Assembly: GCA_013373385.1 (NCBI GenBank)
Contig: JABXHX010000021.1
Span: 9,499 to 73,498, forward strand
Source of the DNA: Flavobacteriaceae bacterium
GTDB lineage: Bacteria > Bacteroidota > Bacteroidia > Flavobacteriales > Flavobacteriaceae
DNA length: 64,000 nt
Direction of reading: 5' to 3'
In this document: positions 47,790 to 57,600 of the stretch, piece after piece
How positions within the stretch are numbered: position 1 is the first letter of the stretch
Layout: the number at the start of each line of letters is the position of its first letter
Made by a program: the position numbers and the translations under genes
Notes under the pieces: model-generated
What the model saw: only the letters and a program-made list of their open reading frames with translations
Told to the model about the DNA's origin: nothing
Databases searched by the model: none

Positions 47790-48257
47790 CTAGATTAATC
47801 CTTTCTGAGCCATTGAATGATAGTCTTCAGAACTCATTACAATGTGATCAAGCAGGTTTATCTCAAAGAGTTTACACATCTTCTGTAGTCGTTTTGTCAA
47901 TTCAACATCAGATGCTGAAAAACTTAAAGAACCAGATGGATGATTGTGCATTACAATAATAGCAGAGGCATTTTTAAGCAGTGCTAGTTGTATTATTTCT
48001 CTGATGTTAACGGGTACACAGTGTATTGTTCCACTTGAGATTTGTACGATACTCAATACCCGATTGGCATGGTTAAGTAATAGTAGCCAAAAAAACTCTT
48101 TAAAGTCTAGTTGCTTGTTATTACTTATCCTCTTTACTGCCTGTACCACATCATGTGCTTGAGTTATGTATAGCATTGTTTCAAACAATGGTCGTACATA
48201 GTGAATTTCAATAGAGCTACTGCTTAATATCTCAGTAGATAGCATAGTTGTTTTCAT
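47790..48257 (-). CDS. RadC-like JAB-domain protein
   Basis: KEFFWLLLLN, HNHPSG...S.SD, LLDHIVM. Confidence 0.88.
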   Translation of the reverse strand: MKTTMLSTEILSSSSIEIHYVRPLFETMLYITQAHDVVQAVKRISNNKQLDFKEFFWLLLLNHANRVLSIVQISSGTIHCVPVNIREIIQLALLKNASAIIVMHNHPSGSLSFSASDVELTKRLQKMCKLFEINLLDHIVMSSEDYHSMAQKGLI

Positions 48258-48324
48258 TACTTATTTATTTAAAGGTTCATTTGAAATCAGTATGAGTGAA
48301 CCAAACAATTCAAAAAAGACGTGA

Positions 48325-49524
48325 TTAAGGCATGAAGTTTAGAAACAACACAGATGTGTAATGAATGCAAGTAGCTGAGAAACCTTTACTAGGCTTTCCA
48401 TTAATCATAAGTTTTAAAAAGATGTCATAATTCTCTAAATTGGTAAAATCAGATGCTATAAACTCAGGGGCAAAAATTTGCTCCAAATATTTCGCATCTG
48501 ATTGCCCGGTACGAAAGGAAATGATGGTTCCTACATTACCTAACACGGAGTTCCGTATATTTACATCAAGTTGATGCAAGTATTGATGTGCCATAACCAG
48601 CGAAACGTTAAACTTTCGTAACTCAGAGAGCATTGAAGCAACCGAATCAGTGGTGTAGTGTTGGAACTCATCTAAAAACACTGCTACGGGTTTTCGCTCT
48701 TCCTCAGTAGAGTCAATACGAGAAAACGAAGCATTCATAATAGTGTTGAGCAGTAACGAACCGATAATATGAGAGCTATCAATTCCTAAATCTCCTTTGT
48801 TTAAGTTGATTAACACTATTTTGTTGGTATCCATCGCACGACGGAGTGAAATTTCTTTTTTATTTTGAATCAAAAATCGCTTAATTGATGGATGCACCAA
48901 AAAAGCTCCTACCTTGTTGAGAATAGGGATAATGTCGGTTTTAGTATATTTTTCAAATTCTTTGTACCAAAAACGTTGCACATCTTCATTCACAATATTT
49001 TTGATACACTGTTCTCGATACGAGAGGTCGTGAATAATACGCGTAATATCGCCAAAATCGGCTCTCTGTTGGTCTAACAGCGTCAACAGGATATACCGTA
49101 GAATATGTTCTAATTTTACGCCCCACGCTCCTTTCCATAGCTTTTTGAAGGTGTCTAATATTCCAGAGGCAACCAGTGAACGTTTTTCATACGATACTGA
49201 TTTCAGTGGGTTATACCGATAGCTCATACTTGGATTGGGAATATCAAGATAAATGAGGTCTTGTTTTCTTGATGCTGAAATATGGTTGCGAATTGTTTTA
49301 ATAAGGTCTCCATGTACATCAAAAACGAAGACTGCACGCCTATGAATGATGTCTTGTAAAATAAGTGTTGTTAACAAATTGGTTTTTCCAGTACCTGTTT
49401 TACCGAGAATATAGGTATGTAATAATCGATCCTTTTGATATATCCCAAAGAGCTGTCGTTGCTCTCTAAAATTAGTTTTTGCAAAGTAACTAACTTCCTT
49501 ATTATTGTTATGCTCACCATTCAT
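48325..49524 (-). CDS. Second VirD4/TraD-like ATPase (core domain only)
   Basis: HTYILGKTGTGKT Walker A, FDVHGD, FLDEFQHY Walker B, SELRKF, AHQYLHQL, NVGTIISFR. Confidence 0.85.
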   Translation of the reverse strand: MNGEHNNNKEVSYFAKTNFREQRQLFGIYQKDRLLHTYILGKTGTGKTNLLTTLILQDIIHRRAVFVFDVHGDLIKTIRNHISASRKQDLIYLDIPNPSMSYRYNPLKSVSYEKRSLVASGILDTFKKLWKGAWGVKLEHILRYILLTLLDQQRADFGDITRIIHDLSYREQCIKNIVNEDVQRFWYKEFEKYTKTDIIPILNKVGAFLVHPSIKRFLIQNKKEISLRRAMDTNKIVLINLNKGDLGIDSSHIIGSLLLNTIMNASFSRIDSTEEERKPVAVFLDEFQHYTTDSVASMLSELRKFNVSLVMAHQYLHQLDVNIRNSVLGNVGTIISFRTGQSDAKYLEQIFAPEFIASDFTNLENYDIFLKLMINGKPSKGFSATCIHYTSVLFLNFMP

Positions 49525-49554
49525 ACAGCCAGTATGATGGTTTCCTTAACGAAC

Positions 49555-49596
49555 AAAAGACATGATGATGTAGGACTACACATCACCACGTCTTTT
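49555..49596 (-). terminator. Strand-specific RNA hairpin upstream of the second ATPase
   Basis: On the minus strand AAAAGACGTGGTGATGTG pairs with TACATCATCATGTCTTTT using three G-U pairs; these are A-C mismatches on the plus strand. Confidence 0.5.
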
Positions 49597-49630
49597 TATA
49601 ATACTCACTGAAAGATAAACTTCTTCTGTT

Positions 49631-49795
49631 ATGAAAACAAACAACGAAAAACACATTACTAATTTCATTCAAGGCATTTGTAAGGGAAAAACAAAAGAAG
49701 AACAGAAACAAGCAGAACTTAATTTTTTACGATTTATCAGCCTTGTGGAAAGAATTACCAATCGATTATCTTCTGAGAAAACCCATAAAAAGTAA
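49631..49795 (+). CDS. Small protein, 54 aa, upstream of integrase 2; absent from the ORF track
   Basis: Hand translation: MKTNNEKHITNFIQGICKGKTKEEQKQAELNFLRFISLVERITNRLSSEKTHKK; predicted amphipathic helix. Confidence 0.5.
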   Translation: MKTNNEKHITNFIQGICKGKTKEEQKQAELNFLRFISLVERITNRLSSEKTHKK

Positions 49796-49861
49796 CTCGC
49801 TTCACTGCGAGATGGGAGTTATACTCACACACGCCATTATTCGCTTAACCAATAAACAACT

Positions 49862-51448
49862 ATGAAAGAAGTATATGGATATATTAGAGTATCGGATGTA
49901 AAACAAAAGGATGGTGCTTCATTAATTGAGCAAAAACGTATCATTAAAGAATTTGCTAAAAAGAATAAGTTAAAAATTATTAGGTTTTATGAAGAAAACA
50001 AAACTGCTGCAAAACAAGGTCGTCCACTTTTTGACAAAATGATACAGAATTTAAGAGCAAATAAAGCACAAGGGGTAATTATTCATAAGATAGATAGAAG
50101 TGCACGAAACCTTCATGACTGGGCAAATATTGGAGACCTTATTGATATAAATATTGATGTATTCTTTGCCCATGAAAGTCTTAATTTAAATGAACGTAGC
50201 GGTCGATTATCCGCAGATATACAGGCAGTTATGGCATCAGATTATGTTCGCAATTTAAGGCAAGAGACCATCAAGGGACTTTATGGACGACTCAAACAAG
50301 GCTTCTATCCTTGGAGAGCACCAATTGGCTATGTAGATAATGGAAAAGCAAAAGAAAAAACTGTTAATACTGCAACAGCAGAATTAATCAAGCAACTTTT
50401 TGAGTTATATGTTTCAAAAAACTATAACATAAAAAACCTTTCTAAAGAAATGGAAAAAAGAGGCCTAAGAAACAAACGTGGAAATAGAATTTGTAAAAAT
50501 GGAATAACAAGGATTCTTCGGAATCCATTCTACATAGGTCTAATGAAAATAAAAGATAAGGTCTTTCAAGGAAATCATCATCCAATCATTGATCCACGAA
50601 TGTTTAAACAAGCACAATTAAAAATTAAAGATAGACAAAGAAATACAGGATTTACCCATCATTTCCTCTTTAGACGACAAATTCGCTGTGAACTCTGTAA
50701 TTATATTATGTCAGGAGAAAGACAAAAAGGGCACATCTATTATCGGTGTTCAACTAAAGGCTGTTTAACCAAAACAATAAGAGAAGATACAATTGAACAT
50801 TATATACAAAATATTCTTAAAACCATTTCGCTTTCAAAAAAAGAGATTGTGTTATTAAAAGCTGTACATCTTGAAAGTAAAAATGATTGGTTAGCTACTC
50901 AAGAAAAAATTTCACAAAGTAACAAGTTACAAATGCGTCAATTAGAAATGAAAGATCAAAAGCTCGTTGATATGTACCTGGAAGATGCTATTGATAAAAA
51001 TCGCTATAATGAGCAAAAAGAAGAACTTCTTATAGAATTACAGAGAATTAAAAGCAGACAAAGCCAACTTTTAGAGTCAAAAGACCTTATCTTTGAGAGT
51101 ATTGAAATTTTCCTCGAACTTTGTAAAACCCCTATAGAATCTTATATTTCTGCGATTTTTGAAGAAAAACGAGAATTGCTTAAAATTATAACCTCGAACA
51201 TTACGGTAAACCAAAGAAAGCTAAGTTTTACAATGGTTTCTCCGTTTTATGAACTCGCAAATCGAGACATTTTAACTTTATGTACGCCTAATCGGGACAA
51301 TAGACGAATGCTGTACCGTAAAATTGTCTATACGGATAAGAATACATCTTCTATCGTTCCAAAGCCTATGAATAAAGAGCAAATCAAAATCTTTTATCAA
51401 TTTCTAATCAATGCTGCTTCAACATTATCAGAAATAAATAAGCTTTAA
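49862..51448 (+). CDS. Large serine recombinase (integrase 2)
   Basis: YGYIRVS catalytic Ser, HKIDRSARN, APIGY, RNPFYIG, CELC...YYRC...C zinc ribbon, coiled coil. Confidence 0.93.
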   Translation: MKEVYGYIRVSDVKQKDGASLIEQKRIIKEFAKKNKLKIIRFYEENKTAAKQGRPLFDKMIQNLRANKAQGVIIHKIDRSARNLHDWANIGDLIDINIDVFFAHESLNLNERSGRLSADIQAVMASDYVRNLRQETIKGLYGRLKQGFYPWRAPIGYVDNGKAKEKTVNTATAELIKQLFELYVSKNYNIKNLSKEMEKRGLRNKRGNRICKNGITRILRNPFYIGLMKIKDKVFQGNHHPIIDPRMFKQAQLKIKDRQRNTGFTHHFLFRRQIRCELCNYIMSGERQKGHIYYRCSTKGCLTKTIREDTIEHYIQNILKTISLSKKEIVLLKAVHLESKNDWLATQEKISQSNKLQMRQLEMKDQKLVDMYLEDAIDKNRYNEQKEELLIELQRIKSRQSQLLESKDLIFESIEIFLELCKTPIESYISAIFEEKRELLKIITSNITVNQRKLSFTMVSPFYELANRDILTLCTPNRDNRRMLYRKIVYTDKNTSSIVPKPMNKEQIKIFYQFLINAASTLSEINKL

Positions 51449-51455
51449 AACTACT

Positions 51456-51959
51456 ATGAAATATCAACAGACAACACACGTTCCTAATGTCATTTTTGAC
51501 AAGTACCTTCCTCAACTGTCCTTCTCAGAGTTAAAAATACTCCTCTACATCATACGTCAAACTTACGGATGGAAAACTAAAAAGGGTAAGCGTAAAACAA
51601 GAGACAGAATTACTCACGGTCAGTTTAAAACCAAAACAGGACTTTCAAGACGAATTATTTCTCAAACGATTCAATCACTCATAACCAAAGAACTCATTCA
51701 AGTAACCAACTACTATGGAAACCTCTTACATCTTCCAAGTGATCGTAAAGGGAAGATAAGCATATATTACGCACCATACCTCCAAACCTATGCAAAGAAT
51801 AACACTAAGGTAGGCAAACAAAAGCATCAAGCTATGCACAATAGGGTATATAACAAAACTAATGATACAAAACTAAAAGGACAAAAGGAAATTTCTCAAC
51901 CACAACGAATTTCAGACTGGGAACGGATACAACAAATACGACAATTCCAACATCAATAG
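51456..51959 (+). CDS. Phage replication protein O-like wHTH protein
   Basis: THVPNVIFD...LSFSELKILLYIIRQTYGW...RDRI...F...TGLSRR matches the lambda-O N-terminal pattern. Confidence 0.7.
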   Translation: MKYQQTTHVPNVIFDKYLPQLSFSELKILLYIIRQTYGWKTKKGKRKTRDRITHGQFKTKTGLSRRIISQTIQSLITKELIQVTNYYGNLLHLPSDRKGKISIYYAPYLQTYAKNNTKVGKQKHQAMHNRVYNKTNDTKLKGQKEISQPQRISDWERIQQIRQFQHQ

Positions 51960-52267
51960 TGTAATCATAGTTTTTTGATTTTGTTACTTGCCTTTATTCT
52001 ATAAAGGCAGATGATGTCATAGTTAAAATGCTATGTTTAAGAATTATTTAATTTGTAATATCCAGATTAATACTTTTAATCATAAGCTCCAGAATCAATC
52101 ACACCATCTTTTTTTAAATTAATGCTGTCATTACCAATCATTTTAAATAATGATTAACCGCTATATTTTAATGCTACTGCCATAAAAGTGTAGGTAATCT
52201 GAAATGAAACATTTATCGAATAACCAATCCACAACTTTTTCACTAAACAAGGTACGACCGCGAAAAA

Positions 52268-52287
52268 AATTGTCCATACGGACAATT
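52268..52287. promoter_or_regulatory. Perfect palindrome, putative protein-binding site
   Basis: AATTGTCC-ATAC-GGACAATT. Confidence 0.5.
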
Positions 52288-52336
52288 ATACACGCTAAAC
52301 TTAGGTCTTTAAAACAAGATATCATTCTTCTAAAAT

Positions 52337-52378
52337 AAGTATGGCGGTGAGAGATTAACCCTCACCGCCATACTTTTT
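52337..52378 (+). terminator. Strong hairpin with T tract immediately before an XRE gene
   Basis: AAGTATGGCGGTGAG-AGATTAACC-CTCACCGCCATACTT: perfect 15-bp stem, 5 nt before the ATG at 52381. Confidence 0.6.
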
Positions 52379-52380
52379 AT

Positions 52381-52728
52381 ATGAACAAACAAACACATCT
52401 CTTAAGGCAGATTCGTACTGGTGCAGATGTCATGCAACAAGATGTAGCCTTTTTGCTCAACATTGACACTGGCAACCTCGCACGATACGAGACTGGTAAA
52501 CGAAGTCCAACCCCAGAAATATTATTGATGTACCATATCCTCTTCGGCGTACCTATTTCAGAACTCTTATCTCCCTTGTTAAAACGAGTTAAGAAAAACT
52601 TCATTAGTCGAAGTAAATTACTTCATACACAGAACAGATCTATGCACACGCCGAAGAGTGTACATAGTATATCATACATACAAGCTGTTGTCAATGACCT
52701 AATTCAGAATAAACTGTATGACATCTAA
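52381..52728 (+). CDS. XRE-family helix-turn-helix protein
   Basis: LRQIR...MQQDVAFLL...LARYETGKRSP. Confidence 0.85.
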   Translation: MNKQTHLLRQIRTGADVMQQDVAFLLNIDTGNLARYETGKRSPTPEILLMYHILFGVPISELLSPLLKRVKKNFISRSKLLHTQNRSMHTPKSVHSISYIQAVVNDLIQNKLYDI

Positions 52729-53227
52729 TAAAGAACAGCATAAGAAAGAGATTATACTCTCAATTTATCCAAATTCAATTGGTTTTGGTTATGCCATAAT
52801 GAGCAATGCATTAACTGTCCTTAATTCGCAAGTGGTACAAGTTCGACCTATTTCTAATACTCAAGCGCTACAACGTATGAAAGAAATTATTGATTACTAC
52901 GAACCTAAAATAGTAGTTATTGAAGACTACCGTGGTATTGGTTCTCGTAAATCAAAAAGGATTGTGAAAATGATCGATGCTATTTCTCGGTATGCAACTA
53001 AAACGCATTTAGCTACTTGCAAGTATTCTCGAGCAGATATTCGCTACGTCTTTAGTAACTTTAATGCTCATACTAAATATGAAATTGCCTGTGTTATTGC
53101 TGAAAACATCAGTAGCATGAAACACAAGTTAATGAAACCAAGAAAGACAAGTGAATCAGAAAAATATATGACTGGAGCTTTTGATGCTGTTTCTCTAGGG
53201 ATAACACATTTCTATATGAATAATTAA
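52718..53227 (+). CDS. RuvC/RNase H-fold protein with a degenerate first catalytic motif
   Basis: ILSIYPNSIGFGYAI (Tyr in place of the usual IDPG Asp), IVVIED, AFDAVSLG. Confidence 0.55.
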   Translation: MTSNKEQHKKEIILSIYPNSIGFGYAIMSNALTVLNSQVVQVRPISNTQALQRMKEIIDYYEPKIVVIEDYRGIGSRKSKRIVKMIDAISRYATKTHLATCKYSRADIRYVFSNFNAHTKYEIACVIAENISSMKHKLMKPRKTSESEKYMTGAFDAVSLGITHFYMNN

Positions 53228-53266
53228 ATACCTTGTTGGTGTTTTTTATTCTAAAAAAATTAGTGA

Positions 53267-53509
53267 CTACCTTTCTTTTTTTAAACTAATAAATGAAGTT
53301 GGACTTACATCTAGCACTTCTGCTAGTTTAAAAAGAAATAATACCTGAATATTAGTTTCTCCCTTTTCTATTCTTCTTAGTACTCTCACATCAATATCTA
53401 ACAGATCAGATAATTCATACTGTTTTAAATCTCTTTTTTCTCTGAGTTTAACAATATACGACCCTAACTCTTTTAAATATTTCTCTTGTTCCTTTTTAGA
53501 TAAATCCAC
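53267..53509 (-). CDS. Small XRE regulator, controller-protein-like
   Basis: 80 aa; LG..IVKLREKRDLKQYELS...RRIEKGETNI...KLAEVLDV. Confidence 0.9.
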   Translation of the reverse strand: MDLSKKEQEKYLKELGSYIVKLREKRDLKQYELSDLLDIDVRVLRRIEKGETNIQVLFLFKLAEVLDVSPTSFISLKKER

Positions 53510-53559
53510 TTTATTTTTTCTAATATCTTGAAATGTATAGGAATCTTGAAAAAAATAAG

Positions 53560-53600
53560 CGGACTATATTGTCCGTTTATAAATTATTTTATTATGTTTG
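53560..53600. promoter_or_regulatory. Palindromic operator next to a divergent Bacteroidota promoter
   Basis: CGGAC-TATATT-GTCCG (53560-53575) and TATGTTTG -7 element (53593-53600) ahead of the lipoprotein gene. Confidence 0.55.
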
Positions 53601-53628
53601 TTACATAAAACAGTAAAAACAAATCATT

Positions 53629-54369
53629 ATGAAAAAACTTCTTACTCTTATCGGTTTACTTCTACTTGTAAATTGTGGTTCAACCAACAATGTAGTTACC
53701 AAAGCACCTAAGTACAACCCCAACTTTGATTACACACCACCTGAGAGAGCTAACCCTCGTAGTGCAGGAATTACCATTGCCCTTATCAACCCTGTCTTTT
53801 CTGATAAAGACCCTGGTAAATCAGTTCCTCCCTACGCCACCTTTATCGAAAATATGGCAGATGACTTTGAAGAAATGCTTATTGCAAAAGGATTTTCACT
53901 TCGTGGACCTTTTAAATCAAGAGACGAGATGGTCTACGGAGATAAAAAGAACTCTGACATTGCCTTAGAAATTAAAATTACCTTAAAAGAAGAAGGAAAA
54001 CTCAGATTACATAAAAAGACTAATTGGGCACAGGCTATCAACAAGTATGCAAGTAATCACTACACCGTCGCTGGAAAGTTCTACCACTTTGGTAACATCA
54101 TCATTGAAGCAACTGACCCATTCACCGGAGAGAAGTTTTGGAAAAAAACCGTGTCACTTCCACGAAAAGAGATTATTGCACAGGGAAATCAAACATGGAC
54201 AGGAAAACCTACGACCTCTCAAATGTTATCACTTGACACAGGAATCTATAACCCTGTTGCAAAAGCACTTGAACAGTACTACCAAGAGGCTATCAAAACT
54301 GCATGGAGACATATTGATGTTAATGAGATGAACTTAATTAAAAAACAAATACAAAAATCTAAACAATAA
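53629..54369 (+). CDS. Lipoprotein, possibly HpaA/neuraminyllactose-binding hemagglutinin-like
   Basis: Lipobox LVNC; ALINPVF, LIAKGF, DEMVYGDKK and GNIIIEATDPFTGE recall the HpaA pattern. Confidence 0.75.
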   Translation: MKKLLTLIGLLLLVNCGSTNNVVTKAPKYNPNFDYTPPERANPRSAGITIALINPVFSDKDPGKSVPPYATFIENMADDFEEMLIAKGFSLRGPFKSRDEMVYGDKKNSDIALEIKITLKEEGKLRLHKKTNWAQAINKYASNHYTVAGKFYHFGNIIIEATDPFTGEKFWKKTVSLPRKEIIAQGNQTWTGKPTTSQMLSLDTGIYNPVAKALEQYYQEAIKTAWRHIDVNEMNLIKKQIQKSKQ

Positions 54370-54619
54370 AAGATATGAGTGTTCTGAATCTTTTTCCATA
54401 TCTTTATACTGAAATGCAGTGCATAGCACTGTTCTTTTTCATAGCAATTTTTCCCACTTCAAGTTCTTTGAGGTGGGTTATTTTTTTAAAAAAAGAATAT
54501 TTTTTTGTTTTATTAAAAATCATTTTTTACCTTTAACCTGCTTAAAAAAGAATTCTATAAAAAAGAAAAAATTGCTATACATTTCCAAACAAACATTACT
54601 AATATTTAAAAATTTTACT

Positions 54620-57600
54620 ATGAAAAAATTGCTAGTAAGCTTATCTGCTATGCTCTTTTGTGCAGTAGGATTAAGTGCACAAATTGTAAATCCACCAACA
54701 GATATTAAAAGTCCTAACACATCTAGTTTAGGAAAATACGGAGATATCCCCATTAGTTATTATAATGGAACGACAAATGTAAATGTTCCTTTATATTCCA
54801 TAAATGAAGGAGGTATTCCTTTAAATATATATTTGAATTATGATTCAAGCGGGATAAGAGTCAATTCAGTAGCAAGTTGGGTTGGTCAAAATTGGTCGCT
54901 AAATGCTGGAGGAATAATTACAAGAACAATTAGAGGCGCAAATGATACAAGAAACTATGACTTTACATACAACACAGGGCAAACAGTCACTTATAAGGGG
55001 TTTAAGCACACAGGTCATCGATTGAATACCTCTAACTGGTCAAGTACAAGTAACCTTGAAAATTTAATTAACGAATCAAATACATGGCATACAACTAATC
55101 CATATAGAGATATGGATTTAGAGCCAGATATCTTCGTTTTTAATTTTATGGGGATTAGTGGAAAATTTTTTTTAGGAAATGATGGTAAGTGGAAAGTACA
55201 ATCTAAATTCAAATTAAAAATATCTACAATTGAACGAGCAATTCCAGATTTTAAAAGTGTTAATCCAAGTAGTCCTTCAGGAAACGATATTGGAGAAATT
55301 ATCATCGAAGATTATTATGGGAATAAGTATTATTTTGGTAAAACGAATGATCATATAGAGTATAGTGCAGCTTTTAAGCCTCGAATGTATATAGGTGCCT
55401 TAGGTCAACCCTATTATCAGTACGACATTACTGATAGAACAAAGCCTAATGCATGGTATTTATCATCAGTAACAAATAATAAAAATGAAATAGTATATAC
55501 ATTTAATTATGAAAGAGGTAATAAGTTAGCTCAGCTATATCGAGATAATTCTTTTTTATTTGGAAGTTGTTTTAGTGAAGGTGATCCACCAAGCTCACCT
55601 TATAATGTCGTTGTAAACAAAACTCAAGAAGATATATATAATGGAACATTAATTTTTCCTGTATATCTTAAAGAAATAATCACTAGTAGTGGTAATCAAG
55701 TTTCTTTTTCAAGTTCTGAATTAAATGAAAACCCTTATAGTCCAACGGAATATCCATTAAAACACCGATATGGGAATAACTCGTATGTACTTAGTGGTTG
55801 GCTTGCAGGGAGCGATGCTGCATTTAATTCTTTATTTAGTTTTTTCACTCCATATAGTAACCCAAGTATAATAACTGACATTAATGCTATTAAACAAAGA
55901 AGGATAGAGCACCTAATTAATCAATTAAAGTGGAGAAAGCTAGATAATATTACTATTAAAAACTACAATAACAAACATATTAAATCTTTAGATTTAAATT
56001 TTACATTGACATCTAACCGTCGATTAAATTTAACGTCTATTGATGAGATTGGAATAAATAATGAATTAATAAATTTATATTCTTTTGATTACAATCAATT
56101 TGATCAATTACCTAATTACTTGTCTAAAAAAATTGATAAATGGGGGTTTTATAATGGAAATGATTTCATTTTAACTGAATTAACAGATACAGATTTGTCA
56201 AATGGGATTTATCATAACATTTCATTTACTCAGCACGGCACATCAAGAATAGCCAATGAAAATTATGCAAAAATAGGTATGCTGAATAAAATCATTTATC
56301 CAACAAAAGGTTATACACTTTTTGAGTATGAATCCAATAGAGCAACAAAAAAAGTAAACAACAATAAAGTGCTTGAAGCATATGACCCAAATAATATTAT
56401 TGGGGGTGTTCGTATAAAAAAAATTGAAAAAATCAGTAATTTCTCAGCCAATATAATAACTTCTTTTGAATATTCTGATGGTATTTTAATGTATGAACCT
56501 GACTCTGAAGCAAGTGTGTTTACTGCTGGAAATAGCTACGGAGCATCATATATTTTTAATATTAATAATATTATACCATTATCAAATATTAACGGGAGCC
56601 ATATTGGTTATTCTAAAGTTATTGAAAGATACGCTGACAATAGTAGTACAGAATACAAATATTCAGACTATAATTTATTTCCTGATATTGCATATGAAGG
56701 CACTTTAAGTACTAGCCAATCTATTTTTAATAAGGGCACTGATAAAAGTTTACTAAGAGGTCATTTAATTGAAATACTAAAAAAAGACAAAAATGGAATT
56801 TTAAAGGAGAAAAAAACAAAAGAATATTTAAATGTGAATACAGCACCTCATGTAAATAAATATGTTAAAGCCTTTGAATATAAAAAACCTTCAATATGTA
56901 GTGTTAATGGGAAAAATTTCGGAAATGCCTATAAATTATTTTATATGGATTATGATGTCATTAAAAATTCTACTATTGTCTACCTTAAAAATGGGAAAAA
57001 TTTAAATACGGAAGTTAATTACCTTTACAATAACGACTTTCTGGTATCAGAAATATCATCAATAAAATCTAACGGCAAAACTGAAAAGACTACAATCAAA
57101 TATGTTAATGATTTTATCAATCCATCGATATCATCAATATATAAGAGCATGGCTGAAAAGAACATAATTAATTTCCCAATTGAAAAAATAAAAGAAATTA
57201 ATAACAAAGTGATTTTTTCTGAAATTAATACTTTTAAAAATATCACCGCTAACAATTTACCTACATATGTGCCAGAAAAATTCAAAAAATTAGAAATCAT
57301 GAATCCTGTGGATAATTATAATAACGGGTTTGTGAATAACGCAGGGTATTTAATCTTGGACACAAGAATTAAAGATAAAATCATTTATGATCAATATGAT
57401 AGTAAAGGTAATATTAAAGAATTCCATATTCCCAATGGAAATTACACAACAATCATATGGGGTTATAAAAAAACTCATCCAATAGCAAAAATTGAAAATA
57501 TAACTTATTCTAATATTCAAAGCTATGTCTCAAATTTAGAATCTCTTTCTGATAATGATAATGATAGAACTTATGGTTCAGTAGGTGCTGAAGGTAATTT

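Noticed and set aside
51745-51765. GCACCATACC resembling comM PHHT codons as a second att site
   Set aside because: Lies inside the intact Rep-O-like ORF, with no flanking comM homology or matching inverted arms.
54419-54619. Track start at 54419 for the YD protein
   Set aside because: The extension is low-complexity AT-rich sequence; the ATG at 54620 gives a signal peptide.
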